Positions 38,517 through 47,980 of a DNA stretch of 64,000 nt are shown here, in pieces. The notes below the pieces were generated by a model. It was given only the letters and a program-made list of their open reading frames with translations, did not search any database and was not told the origin of the DNA. Each line of letters opens with the position of its first letter. The first letter of the stretch is position 1. The position numbers and the translations under genes are program-made. Where the stretch lies: NCBI GenBank assembly GCA_903847095.1, contig CAINCQ010000024.1:16628-80627 (forward strand), in the 5' to 3' direction. The DNA is from an uncultured bacterium. GTDB lineage: Bacteria; Patescibacteriota; Minisyncoccia; Minisyncoccales; UBA5738.

Positions 38517-38676
38517 ACCGCTTAACACTAAGCGGTTTTTTAATAGCTAAACGGGTTCGCCAGGCGGCCAATCTTCAAAAACCGCCCGTTGGGGAGGTTT
38601 TTGTTAGGCTGGACGCAAACTATCAGGCTCTTGACAAAAACGTAGAAAAATTATATTAAATAGCTGGTGAGTTTCT

Positions 38677-39093
38677 ATGAAACAAGCAGGAGCAATTGAA
38701 ATGGAGCCAAATGAAGTGGCTGAAGACTTTTTTGATGCGTCAAAATGGCGGCAATGCGATGTGATCATCGAGTTCACGAGCGAGAAGCTGAAGCAGCCAA
38801 AAGAAGAAATAAGAACAGAGGGAGGAAGCGGGCCTGTTGTAATTCAGCCGGCCGCAAGCATTGTGGCTTGCGCTATCCATGCGAAGCTGTCGATAGACGC
38901 CGCGCTTGGTAAATTACGGGATTATATCAAAGAACAAAATCCCGAATTGACCGATGAGGATTATGGTTTGAGGATCGGCTGGTACGATCATTTGATGACT
39001 AGCTATCCGTGCAAGGAGGAGATTTTGCACATTTCCGAAAGCGGTTGTGTCTTTCCCCCTTCCCAAGACAAAAAAAGCGTAAAACAAAAATAG
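38677..39093 (+). CDS. Hypothetical protein
   Basis: GGTGAG SD; TTGACA at 38631; downstream hairpin and T run. Confidence 0.6.
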   Translation: MKQAGAIEMEPNEVAEDFFDASKWRQCDVIIEFTSEKLKQPKEEIRTEGGSGPVVIQPAASIVACAIHAKLSIDAALGKLRDYIKEQNPELTDEDYGLRIGWYDHLMTSYPCKEEILHISESGCVFPPSQDKKSVKQK

Positions 39094-39277
39094 GGTAATT
39101 ATTACCCCCTTTTTTTTACCTTCGATCATGACGCGGATCGCCTTGTAGTTTTTTTTCTTGAAAACCCTTTATATTTCCGGTACGCAGGCACAACCCTCCG
39201 ACCGGAAAATTTAAATTGACTATTTGCTAAAAATTTATTATAATATTAAGCAGTTCATCGTAATTAAGGAGGTTTCA

Positions 39278-40015
39278 ATGGTTAACAAGATTTTGGGATT
39301 GCATGGCCGAAAAGGAGACACGGAGCTGCCGGAGTATTCCGCAAAAGCGATCAAGAATGCTCTTGATCATGGCGGGATCTTTGTTCGGGTTTTCTATGGC
39401 CTTGACCATCGTTTGCGGGCCGGAAGACCAGGCGAAGGCATATATCATTCCCTGGGTTTTATCGGGGAAATCGCCGGAGAAGATAACCGGCCGTTCGTAG
39501 CGGTTTATCCTGTTGTCCAGCCTTCCGATAAAGAGGAGGGCCAGGAAAAATTTCTTGAAACGGCTATGGGCGCGGTTTGGCGGATGAAAGGCCGGAATCT
39601 TGATTTCGGGATATTTTCCCCGGATGAAGGATTGTTAAAATCTTTTTCCCCCGATAATGCCGAAGCTGTTTTTAGGAAAGCCAAGGCCAAAGGAATCAAT
39701 ACCACCGAGGAGCGGATACGAAAGCTGCTTTCGGCGGATAAAGGATTGTTGGCCGGCGGTTTAAAAAGCGAAAACAGGGATCCGGTCGAAGCCGCGAAAA
39801 GCGTCGGAGCAAAGTTTGTTGCCGTTTACGGTAAAGAGTACGATAACGAAGAAATCCAAAAATTGTCGGAAACGGCAAACACCCTTGATATTACACTGAT
39901 CGTGAATATCCAAGCCGATTCTATGCGAGCCAAAGAACTGATAAGATGGGCGTGGATTATTGCCAACGACTCCGAAGCTGCCTATAAATGCGCTTTTCCC
40001 GATACCGAGAGCTGA
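39278..40015 (+). CDS. Divergent glycerophosphodiester phosphodiesterase-like TIM-barrel protein
   Basis: N-terminal GLHGRKG...PEYSAKAIKNALDHG resembles the GDPD HRG...PENT motif; AAGGAGG SD; TTGACT-17-TATAAT. Confidence 0.5.
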   Translation: MVNKILGLHGRKGDTELPEYSAKAIKNALDHGGIFVRVFYGLDHRLRAGRPGEGIYHSLGFIGEIAGEDNRPFVAVYPVVQPSDKEEGQEKFLETAMGAVWRMKGRNLDFGIFSPDEGLLKSFSPDNAEAVFRKAKAKGINTTEERIRKLLSADKGLLAGGLKSENRDPVEAAKSVGAKFVAVYGKEYDNEEIQKLSETANTLDITLIVNIQADSMRAKELIRWAWIIANDSEAAYKCAFPDTES

Positions 40016-40141
40016 AATCCAGCTCCCGTTTTTTTATAAATAGCCAAAATGTTCCCGGGTTTCGTTCCGGAATATTTTTAAAGAAAAAAATTAGGATTGG
40101 GTCGGCTTTATATCGGGAAGGGAAAAGAATATACTTAAAAA

Positions 40142-41368
40142 ATGGTAAAAAACAGAGCTTTAAGGTCATACATGGTTTTGAGATTTTTCTCGGCTTTATT
40201 CTTCGCGGTCATTGTGACCGTTAATTTGGTTTACCAGGCGACGATAGTCGGTTTGAATCCCTTGCAGCTTGTTTTGGTGGGCACGCTTTTGGAATTCGTT
40301 TCGTTTATATTCGAGGTGCCTACCGGGATCGTTGCCGATCTTTATAGCCGAAAATTATCCGTATTGACCGGCGTTGTTTTGGTCGGAGCCGGATTTATGG
40401 TCGAAGGATTGATTCCCGTTTTTTCGACTGTTCTTATCGCGCAAGTCATATGGGGCATCGGTTATACTTTTATCAGCGGAGCGCGCGAAGCCTGGATCGC
40501 CGACGAGGTAGGCGAAATTGACGCGGGAACGGCTTTTATGAAAGGACAGCAAGCCGCCCAGATCGGAACATTTATCGGGATAGCGGCCAGTATGATTTTG
40601 GCAAATATCGATATCAGGGTTCCGATCGTCGTCGGAGGATTTCTTTACGCGGCGCAGGCGATTTTTATCGCGTTATTCATGTCGGAGCGAAATTTTACGC
40701 CAACCCCGGTTCGGAAACGGGAAACCTTTCGGTCGATGAAGGGTATATTTGCCAAAGGGATCGGGTTAATGCGAAGTAGCGAGGTGTTGTTGTTTATAAT
40801 CATTACCGGGGCGGTGTTTGGGGCGTTTAGCGAAGGGTTTGACCGGCTATGGACGCCTTTTATGATCGAGAATTTTATCTTTCCGTCGATCGGAGGCCTA
40901 AAGCCGGTCGTCTGGTTTGGCATCATCAGTATGGTTGCGACAATCTTGAGCACGATCATAACCGAGGTCTTTAAGAAAAAAACCGATGTTTTCGACCACC
41001 GTTCGACGGTAAAAGCGCTGTTTACTGTAAACGCGCTATTGGCTATTTTTGTTATCGGGTTCAGCCAATCCGGCGGTTTTTTGGCGGCAGTATTGCTGTA
41101 TTGGTTTGCCGCGGCGTTCAGGGAAATAAGGGAGCCGCTTTATAATGCGTGGGTGAACCAAAACGTTTCTTCAAACGTAAGGGCTACGGTTTTTTCCATG
41201 TGCAGCCAGGCAAATGCGATCGGTCAGGTTGTTGGCGGACCGATCCTTGGCGTCATTGCCACTTATGTAGCCATAAGAACAGGTATTGTTGCCGCGGCGC
41301 TGATTCTGGTGCCGACGCTTTTCTTTTACGTTTATTCAATAAAAAATCATAAGCTTGCGCCAACCTAG
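40142..41368 (+). CDS. MFS transporter resembling the TetA(P) family
   Basis: LNPLQLVLVGTLLE..FEVPTGIVADLYSRKLSV, SGA.EAWIADE, SEGFDRLW; ~12 TM. Confidence 0.85.
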   Translation: MVKNRALRSYMVLRFFSALFFAVIVTVNLVYQATIVGLNPLQLVLVGTLLEFVSFIFEVPTGIVADLYSRKLSVLTGVVLVGAGFMVEGLIPVFSTVLIAQVIWGIGYTFISGAREAWIADEVGEIDAGTAFMKGQQAAQIGTFIGIAASMILANIDIRVPIVVGGFLYAAQAIFIALFMSERNFTPTPVRKRETFRSMKGIFAKGIGLMRSSEVLLFIIITGAVFGAFSEGFDRLWTPFMIENFIFPSIGGLKPVVWFGIISMVATILSTIITEVFKKKTDVFDHRSTVKALFTVNALLAIFVIGFSQSGGFLAAVLLYWFAAAFREIREPLYNAWVNQNVSSNVRATVFSMCSQANAIGQVVGGPILGVIATYVAIRTGIVAAALILVPTLFFYVYSIKNHKLAPT

Positions 41369-41471
41369 AATGAGACACCGAAAGCCATAGAATCAAAAAT
41401 TAGTTTGACAAGCGGCCTGTTAAATGTAAAAAAGGGGACAGCTCTTGAACAATAAATAAGGAGGCGTGTCT

Positions 41472-41879
41472 ATGGAAAGCGACTGTTTTATCGAAGATTA
41501 CGGGAAGAAAGGCGTATTCAGGCTGGCCCTGGGAAAAGATTCTAGCCTGACGGCTAGAATAATCATCGGCCATTTGAGTCCGGAAAGGGAAGCGTTGATC
41601 GAAGAATTACTTGCGGATTACTCCGGACGCTTGGATATCCGGTTGTCGCAAGAACCTTCAGAGCATCATTTACAGATCATAGGCGATGATATCTGCTTCG
41701 AGAGTCCGCATGGCGCGAACGAGCCGTACGAATATGCCTATATCGTTGAACGCGCGAGCGAAGAAGGAATGCGAATGGCCCGAAAAAAATTTGCGGATCT
41801 GGAAAATCTTACGATACCGATCACGCATCAAGCGGATAAAAAGAGGTGTTTGAATGATTTCGGAAGCCGGATTAAATAA
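41472..41879 (+). CDS. Hypothetical protein
   Basis: AAGGAGG SD; TTGACA at 41405. Confidence 0.6.
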   Translation: MESDCFIEDYGKKGVFRLALGKDSSLTARIIIGHLSPEREALIEELLADYSGRLDIRLSQEPSEHHLQIIGDDICFESPHGANEPYEYAYIVERASEEGMRMARKKFADLENLTIPITHQADKKRCLNDFGSRIK

Positions 41880-42015
41880 TTTGGAAGGGAAATGTCCTAA
41901 GTGCGGCAAACCGATCAAGGTACGCATATCGTGCGAGCTTACAGGTACGGGTACGGTACGATGCACATATAAAAAAGGCTGTGGCTGGAAAACTGCCGTC
42001 AACATAGATTTTTGA
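41854..42015 (+). CDS. 53-aa zinc-ribbon microprotein (not in the ORF track)
   Basis: MISEAGLNNLEGKCPKCGKPIKVR...VRCTYKKGCGWK; GAGGTG SD at 41843. Confidence 0.6.
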   Translation: MISEAGLNNLEGKCPKCGKPIKVRISCELTGTGTVRCTYKKGCGWKTAVNIDF

Positions 42016-42201
42016 ACAAATTAATTCTGCGCGATAAGGTCGTTAAGAAGCGCCCCGGAAGGCGGATAATGAGGATTAGGATATCCTCTTTTTGTTTGGG
42101 CGTATTTAATCACGAAGCGGTTCTTCGCGTTTTTAGATGAAAGATAGCGCTTGGCGCGCGATGGTAAATTTTAGCGGGTTTTGGTTTATAATAAGGGTAT
42201 C

Positions 42202-43950
42202 ATGAGTAACCGGTTAAAAAATTTTAGCGCCGCTATATTATTGCTGGCCGCCGGTTTTGCCGTGAATGCCAACGCTTTGCAAAACGGTTTTTTGTGGGAT
42301 GACCAAACGCAGGTTGTTAAAAACATCATTATCCGGAGTTGGGAAAATTTACCGGCAATATTCGCTTCGAGTACTTTTTATAATGGTGGAGCGAGTCTTT
42401 CGGGAAGCTTTTACCGTCCCTTAGTTTCTTTTTCTTATCTTTTGAATTATTCCGTTTGGGGGCTTAATCCTTTCGGGTTCCGGCTTTTTCAGATTTTTTT
42501 TCACCTGATCAATATTGTTTTGATCTTCTTTTTGCTGAAAAAGATTTTTTCCGAGGAGGGTATCGGATACGGAGACCAAGCGGCTTTTCTCGCCGCGCTG
42601 ATCTTTGCGGTTCATCCGGCTAACGCGGAGTCGGTTATTTACATTGGCTGTATCGGAGAGATATTTTACGCTTTTTTTATTCTTCTCGCCGCGCTGATTT
42701 TTTTGAACGGCATCGACCGCAACAATAGATCGGTAAAAAATATAAATCTTATTCTGGCTTTTTTGCTTGTTTTCCTGGGCCTGCTTTCCAAAGAAACGGC
42801 AATCGTAATTTTACCGATCTTATTTATCTATCTTTTGCTTTTTACCAGGTCGAAGCTTTCGGTTTACGCCAGATTCTTTTTGGGATGCGGAGCAGTCGGC
42901 GGGGTATATTGGTTTTTAAGATTTTTCGTGGCCAAATTGCCGGCAATGAAATTCCATCTTGCCCCTATCGCTTTGGCGCCGCTTTGGCAAAGGTTATCGA
43001 CCATTCCCTACGAGATCGTTTCTTATCTGGGAATAATCTTTTTTCCCCGCGACCTGTCGATCAGCCGGCAATTCGTTGTGGTTTCGGCGTTTGATCCGAG
43101 ATTCTGGCTGGCATCTTTGTTTTTGGGCGCGAGTTTTACGGCAGTCGTTTTTTATTCGGTTAAAACAAAGTCCAAGGTCGTGCCGTTTTTTTTGCTTTGG
43201 TTTGCGGTAGCGTTGGCGCCGGCGCTGAATATTATTCCGTTGGATATGACCATGGCCGAAAGATGGCTTTATGTACCGGTCATCGGCATACTGGCAATAG
43301 CCGGTCTTTTTTCGGCTTACTTGATAAACGGATTTTCTTTGGCCCACAAAAAGTTTTTCTGCGCAATTATTGCCATATTGCTTGCCGCGCTTGGCGCAAG
43401 GACCATCGTCAGAAATGCCGACTGGAAAGACGGATTGACCTTGTTCGGACACGATTACAAAATTGTTTCCCGGATGTCGCCGCAGGGGAGTTTCGATCTG
43501 GAAAACAATTACGGAGTGGAATTGCTTCGTATCGGACAAACTGACGAAGCCGAGAGGCATTTGACGAAATCGGTTGCTCTCCAGCCAAGGTGGGCTTCAT
43601 CGCAGAACAATCTAGGAGTTGTTTTGGAGCGTCAAGGTGATCTGGAGGGGGCACTCGCGCATTATGGGCAATCGATAAAATCGGGGACGCGATACCAAGC
43701 TTACGAAAATAAAAGCAGTCTTCTTGTCAAGCTTGGGCGATACGATGAGGCTAAGAGTTTTCTTTTAAGATCGCTGTCAAAATTCCCCCAAAACAACAAT
43801 TTAAAATTATATCTGGCCCAGGCATATATCGCCGATAATACAAAAGAAAGCCGGCAGAAAGCACTGGTTTTGATCGCGAAGATCTTGGATAGCGATCCGG
43901 AAAACTTTTCCGCCCGGCAGTTGTATCAAACGATCCAAAACAATCGGTAG
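42202..43950 (+). CDS. TMTC-like GT-C membrane glycosyltransferase with C-terminal TPR repeats
   Basis: FLWDD, FYRPL, FAVHP.NAESV, LLSKE, AERWLYVP, RN.DW, TPR-like NNLG. Confidence 0.85.
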   Translation: MSNRLKNFSAAILLLAAGFAVNANALQNGFLWDDQTQVVKNIIIRSWENLPAIFASSTFYNGGASLSGSFYRPLVSFSYLLNYSVWGLNPFGFRLFQIFFHLINIVLIFFLLKKIFSEEGIGYGDQAAFLAALIFAVHPANAESVIYIGCIGEIFYAFFILLAALIFLNGIDRNNRSVKNINLILAFLLVFLGLLSKETAIVILPILFIYLLLFTRSKLSVYARFFLGCGAVGGVYWFLRFFVAKLPAMKFHLAPIALAPLWQRLSTIPYEIVSYLGIIFFPRDLSISRQFVVVSAFDPRFWLASLFLGASFTAVVFYSVKTKSKVVPFFLLWFAVALAPALNIIPLDMTMAERWLYVPVIGILAIAGLFSAYLINGFSLAHKKFFCAIIAILLAALGARTIVRNADWKDGLTLFGHDYKIVSRMSPQGSFDLENNYGVELLRIGQTDEAERHLTKSVALQPRWASSQNNLGVVLERQGDLEGALAHYGQSIKSGTRYQAYENKSSLLVKLGRYDEAKSFLLRSLSKFPQNNNLKLYLAQAYIADNTKESRQKALVLIAKILDSDPENFSARQLYQTIQNNR

Positions 43951-44079
43951 GTCGGGGTTATTTGTTTGAGAGATCCAGCCATTAAAAATCCAATCGGGGG
44001 TATTTTGCTACGCGAATTTAATTGACAAAAATCTTTTTTTGGCTATTATCTTGAGTGGAAACAAAAAGGAGGTTTTGGC

Positions 44080-44907
44080 TTGAGACCATGCGTTGTATTG
44101 AAAGCCCATTCACAAAAAGAAGAGTCATCGACCGCTTATTGCGTAAATTCTACCGGAGAAAATCCCGTAGACCTGACGATGGGGTTTGCCGATTCCCAGA
44201 TCGAAGCGAGGTTTTTACCGACAATCCCGATGAAGCTTATGATAGCGAACGGTTTTGACTGGTCGCTTGACGGAGAAATAAAACTTTTTCCTTTCGAAAG
44301 CAATAAAAGCGGTCATAAATATATTCGCCGTTATTCAATGGGCCGATATTCGTCGCTTGCGGCCGTTAACGTCGTAAACAGCAAGGGTTTTTTCCGGGCA
44401 TTATTGCCGCAAATGAATTCCCTCATTAAAAAGTTGGCCGATGAGAACGCGGTGTATCAAAGCGCTGAATGTCAATGGGGTGCGTCATTTGCCGGAGCCG
44501 ACCTGACGGAAACAGAAATTACCTTTGCCCGGATCGGAAATTCTTTGATCGTTATCGAAACGGACGAAGAGGTAATAGTAAAATTGGCCGAGCGGAAATA
44601 CCATTATCTGGACGGAAATTTTTCGGCGGGTGATTTTATCGAATGGGACGTGTTTCCGCTTGACCGGGTCAAGCGGGCTGCTTTCCTGGTTTGTAGCAAT
44701 TCGATATTGCCATTCCCGCTGGTGGAGGCGGCCACTCCGGAAGAATTGAGGGATTTTTGTGGCGATATTAAGCAGTGGTGGAAGGAGTTAGGCCCGAAAA
44801 GAACGATAGAGTGGGTAATGAATGAACAAACAACCGAAACGGATTATGCCGCAATCTGTCTTCATCTCGACGACAAGAGCCGCGCAATAGAACCAAATCA
44901 AGGATAA
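44080..44907 (+). CDS. Hypothetical protein, weak PP2C-like features
   Basis: ARIGNSLIV and C-terminal TDYAAI resemble degenerate PP2C motifs; AAGGAGG SD. Confidence 0.5.
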   Translation: MRPCVVLKAHSQKEESSTAYCVNSTGENPVDLTMGFADSQIEARFLPTIPMKLMIANGFDWSLDGEIKLFPFESNKSGHKYIRRYSMGRYSSLAAVNVVNSKGFFRALLPQMNSLIKKLADENAVYQSAECQWGASFAGADLTETEITFARIGNSLIVIETDEEVIVKLAERKYHYLDGNFSAGDFIEWDVFPLDRVKRAAFLVCSNSILPFPLVEAATPEELRDFCGDIKQWWKELGPKRTIEWVMNEQTTETDYAAICLHLDDKSRAIEPNQG

Positions 44908-44926
44908 CCTTGATTTTTTTGTTTTT

Positions 44927-45436
44927 TTGTGTTATGAATATAAACGGTTAAATAAGTTCATTGAAAGGGTGAGAAGTTTGCCAATACCGAAAGTGAGCGA
45001 TATCAGGTATTTTAAATGTAAGGGCCCATGGGATACGAAATCGGGTGGCGTGCTTAATGTTTTATTTGCCATTCCGGACGAAGAGCTTGCCGGATTTTTC
45101 GTAAAAAGTCCGATAAGCGGATTCAGAATATACCAAGTTTCTAATCCGGAAATAGAAAAACCGGGGGGAATGGAGTGGCATATTTACCGGCAGGAAATAG
45201 TTTTAGTGCCGCGCGGCCGGGTAGAGTGGATCTTTGAGGACGCGTGGGGAAATAAGATTAAGTTCGTTCAGGATGGCAGCGTGGCGGTTTGGATTCCAGG
45301 CTATATTGTCCATTCATATAAAGCTTTGGACGAATGTTCGATCATTGTGATCGCTAACACGCTTTACGATCCGGTTGATCCGGAAACGTACGATACCTAT
45401 GTTCGGGAGAAGCTGTTCGAGCTTATCCCGAAATAA
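44927..45436 (+). CDS. Cupin-fold protein (WxcM/FdtA-like sugar isomerase family); start uncertain
   Basis: GGMEWH..RQE, VWIPGYIVH, IVIANTLY...D. Confidence 0.7.
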   Translation: MCYEYKRLNKFIERVRSLPIPKVSDIRYFKCKGPWDTKSGGVLNVLFAIPDEELAGFFVKSPISGFRIYQVSNPEIEKPGGMEWHIYRQEIVLVPRGRVEWIFEDAWGNKIKFVQDGSVAVWIPGYIVHSYKALDECSIIVIANTLYDPVDPETYDTYVREKLFELIPK

Positions 45437-45556
45437 ACAGTCCGCCCGTAAAAGGCGGCTTTTTGTTTCGCGCAAGGCAACAAAAAATCGCCAAGCGGGT
45501 GGTTTTTTGTTATAATATTTGTGTAAGTAAAATGTCAAAAAATAATTAAACAAAAT

Positions 45557-46108
45557 ATGTTCATAAAAAAAGGAAAAACGAATTGGACGCTAGTCATTGT
45601 CGTAGCATTGGTCGCGGGAGCGGTGAGTGGAGGGTTGGTCGTATACATTAACGATACGGTCAAAGAAACGAGCTCGTTGATATCTTCGGATGTTTTGGTA
45701 AACCAAAGTAAAACCCAGGGAAACCAGATCCAGGCCATTGCCATAAAAGATGTTTTAACTTTCGCGAACAACCATCTTAGCGATACGTCTTCCCCTCGGG
45801 TGCAAACGCAAGGAACCATCGTTGACATCGATTACGATCCGACCTATGCCAGCATTATTATCACCGACAACGGAAGCAATTACATCTTGGCGGTTGTGAG
45901 CCATGCGGACATGGCAGCGGTAAATTCCCCTTATCCGGGTATTGTTTCCAAGTTGCAAAAAAATGAGATCTTAGGGGTTTCGGGTACGGTAAGTTTTACC
46001 GCACCCGGGGCTTGGGCGGAAACCGAAAAAACGAAATTGGAAGCCCAAAATTTGCCGACGCAAATCGGTATGATCAGCGTGGACAGCTTGGTGCCGGCCG
46101 CAAAGTAA
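45557..46108 (+). CDS. Hypothetical membrane-anchored exported protein
   Basis: KKGKTNW followed by a hydrophobic helix; terminator at 46149-46180. Confidence 0.7.
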   Translation: MFIKKGKTNWTLVIVVALVAGAVSGGLVVYINDTVKETSSLISSDVLVNQSKTQGNQIQAIAIKDVLTFANNHLSDTSSPRVQTQGTIVDIDYDPTYASIIITDNGSNYILAVVSHADMAAVNSPYPGIVSKLQKNEILGVSGTVSFTAPGAWAETEKTKLEAQNLPTQIGMISVDSLVPAAK

Positions 46109-46351
46109 ATATTGACCGGCTTGGTCTATAAAAAAGTTTATTGAAATGAACCGGCCCCGCTTCCCGCGGGGCTGGTTTTTTGATCTTCAAAGATGTTATA
46201 TTTAATCAACGGCTTAAGGATGTTGAGCGGATATCAAAAATAGCCAAAAAGTGTTTTTGCGGATTCCAAAGAAGGAACTCCTTTGGCCAATCCACAGGGT
46301 TAATGTCCTGCGGTATTGAAATACATTAAAAAGATAAATAAATTTACAAAT

Positions 46352-46963
46352 ATGGATAAAAAAATAATTTTAATCGGCGGATCGCCCTGTGTTGGTAAAA
46401 GCTTTATAGCTAGATCGCTTTCGATAGAATTTAAAATTCCTTGGTTTTCCACGGACGGTATCCGGGATTTCATGAGAGAGATCGCCAAGCCAGAGGAATA
46501 TCCCAGCCTTTTTTATTTATTGGATAAAAAACCCGAGGATTATCTGGTCGATCATACGCCGATACAGGTTATGGAAGACCAGAATAAAGAAAGTTTCGAT
46601 GTCTGGAAAGGAGTTAAAGCCTGGATCAAGACCGACTATAATTGGGATTCATTTATTGTCGAAGGCGTTGCCGTTTTACCGGAATTGATCGCCAGAGATT
46701 TTGGAGACTATAAGGATATCAAGCCGGTATTTCTTTTTAACGGGAACAAGGACAAAGTAAGGGAAACCATTTATAAACGCGGTTTATGGGGAAAGCCGGG
46801 CGAACTTCCCGATAGCGTTAAAGATAAAGAAGTGGAATGGGTATTGGTATTCAATGATTGGTTGAAAAAAGAGGTCGAAAAATATGGTTTTCTGGCCGTT
46901 GAGGCGGAAAGCGGCGTATTTGATATTAAAAAGTTGGCAACTTTAGTGGGTAGCAGGGACTAA
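46352..46963 (+). CDS. P-loop kinase (2-phosphoglycerate kinase-like)
   Basis: IILIGGSPCVGKS, STDGIR, IVEGV. Confidence 0.75.
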   Translation: MDKKIILIGGSPCVGKSFIARSLSIEFKIPWFSTDGIRDFMREIAKPEEYPSLFYLLDKKPEDYLVDHTPIQVMEDQNKESFDVWKGVKAWIKTDYNWDSFIVEGVAVLPELIARDFGDYKDIKPVFLFNGNKDKVRETIYKRGLWGKPGELPDSVKDKEVEWVLVFNDWLKKEVEKYGFLAVEAESGVFDIKKLATLVGSRD

Positions 46964-47070
46964 TAGTTATCGAATTTGTTAAAAAAGACGGAACAGGCAA
47001 TCAATGTGAATCTAACCGCTTTTTTTGGTATAATAAAACCAAGAAGGTCATAATAAATATTGTAAAAAAT

Positions 47071-47373
47071 ATGAATAAATTTATTGACTTTATTCGTGAG
47101 CAGGGGGTTGTGGGCTTAGCCGTGGGTTTTATCCTTGGCGGAGCGGTTTCAAAAGTCGTTTCGGCGCTTGTTGCCGATATTATTAATCCTCTTTTGGGTT
47201 TGGCGCTTGGCGCGGCTCAGGGGTTAAAGACCGCTTCGATTAATATTGGTTCGGCTCAGATCCTGTATGGAGACCTTTTAAGCGTTATCATTGATTTTTT
47301 AGTGATCGCTCTCGTTGTTTATTACGGGGTCAAGCTGATCGGTTTCGATAAGCTTGACAAAAAGAAAGAATAA
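47071..47373 (+). CDS. mscL: Large-conductance mechanosensitive channel (short form)
   Basis: F..FI..QGVVGLAVGFILGGA...VSALVADIINP, YG..L..IIDF. Confidence 0.9.
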   Translation: MNKFIDFIREQGVVGLAVGFILGGAVSKVVSALVADIINPLLGLALGAAQGLKTASINIGSAQILYGDLLSVIIDFLVIALVVYYGVKLIGFDKLDKKKE

Positions 47374-47435
47374 TAACATTTCGGAAAAGCGGAAATGAAC
47401 GGTTAAAAGGCCAATAGTCTAAAAAAATAAAAATT

Positions 47436-47834
47436 ATGAAGGGATTTAACGCAAACATCGAAAAAGATACAATAGAGAACAATAATTTCCGGAAAGTGCT
47501 TTATACCTCAAAATACAGCCAGTTGGTTTTGATGAGCTTAAAGCCCGAAGAAGAGATCGGCATGGAGGTCCATCCCGATAACGATCAATTTTTCCGCTTT
47601 GAGGTTGGCGAGGGTAAGGTAGTGATCGACGGCAACGAGTACGTTGTGAAAGATGGTTCCGCGATTGTGGTGCCGGCGGGAGCCCAGCATAACGTCACTA
47701 ATATATCCGTGAGCTCGGATCTGAAGCTTTACACTATTTATTCCCCGGCGCACCACCTGGACGGGATAGTGAGGGCGACCAAAGCAGAAGCAACGGCCAA
47801 TGGACCGGAGTTTGACGGTAAAACTACCGAATAG
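47436..47834 (+). CDS. Cupin domain protein
   Basis: FRKVLYT..YSQLVLMSL.P.EEIG.EVH...DQFF, VPAG..HN, LYTIYSP..H. Confidence 0.88.
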   Translation: MKGFNANIEKDTIENNNFRKVLYTSKYSQLVLMSLKPEEEIGMEVHPDNDQFFRFEVGEGKVVIDGNEYVVKDGSAIVVPAGAQHNVTNISVSSDLKLYTIYSPAHHLDGIVRATKAEATANGPEFDGKTTE

Positions 47835-47980
47835 GCGGTAATTTTTTGCCAAGTTCAAGGAAAAAGCATCAAAAAAAACCGCCGTTAGGCGGTTTTTCCA
47901 TGGGTAGGCTCATGGTCTATCCGTGGTCATAAATTATTTTGCTTTGCGTTAGACATCGCAGGCCGTTCAACGGGCGATTA

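Larger units (their letters stand above)
26595..38602 (+). repeat. Array of ~10 direct-orientation intergenic repeats; copies start at ~26595, 27190, 28741 (degenerate), 29099, 30619, 31189, 31945, 34524, 36002, 38549 (internal deletion)
   Basis: Consensus AAACAGGTTCRAACATCGTCCGCCAGACGACCAA, often followed by AAAAA(C/G)YCGC-n-GCGG(C/T)TTTTT. Confidence 0.85.

Noticed and set aside
26595..38602. Repeat array read as a CRISPR array
   Set aside because: Intervals are 0.35-2.6 kb and contain whole genes, the repeats are degenerate, and no cas genes are present.
26595..38608. Repeats read as canonical integron attC sites
   Set aside because: A few copies end near GTTRRRY (GTTAAAT, GTTAGGC), but most lack complementary RYYYAAC/GTTRRRY ends and none forms one end-to-end hairpin; no intI is in the window.
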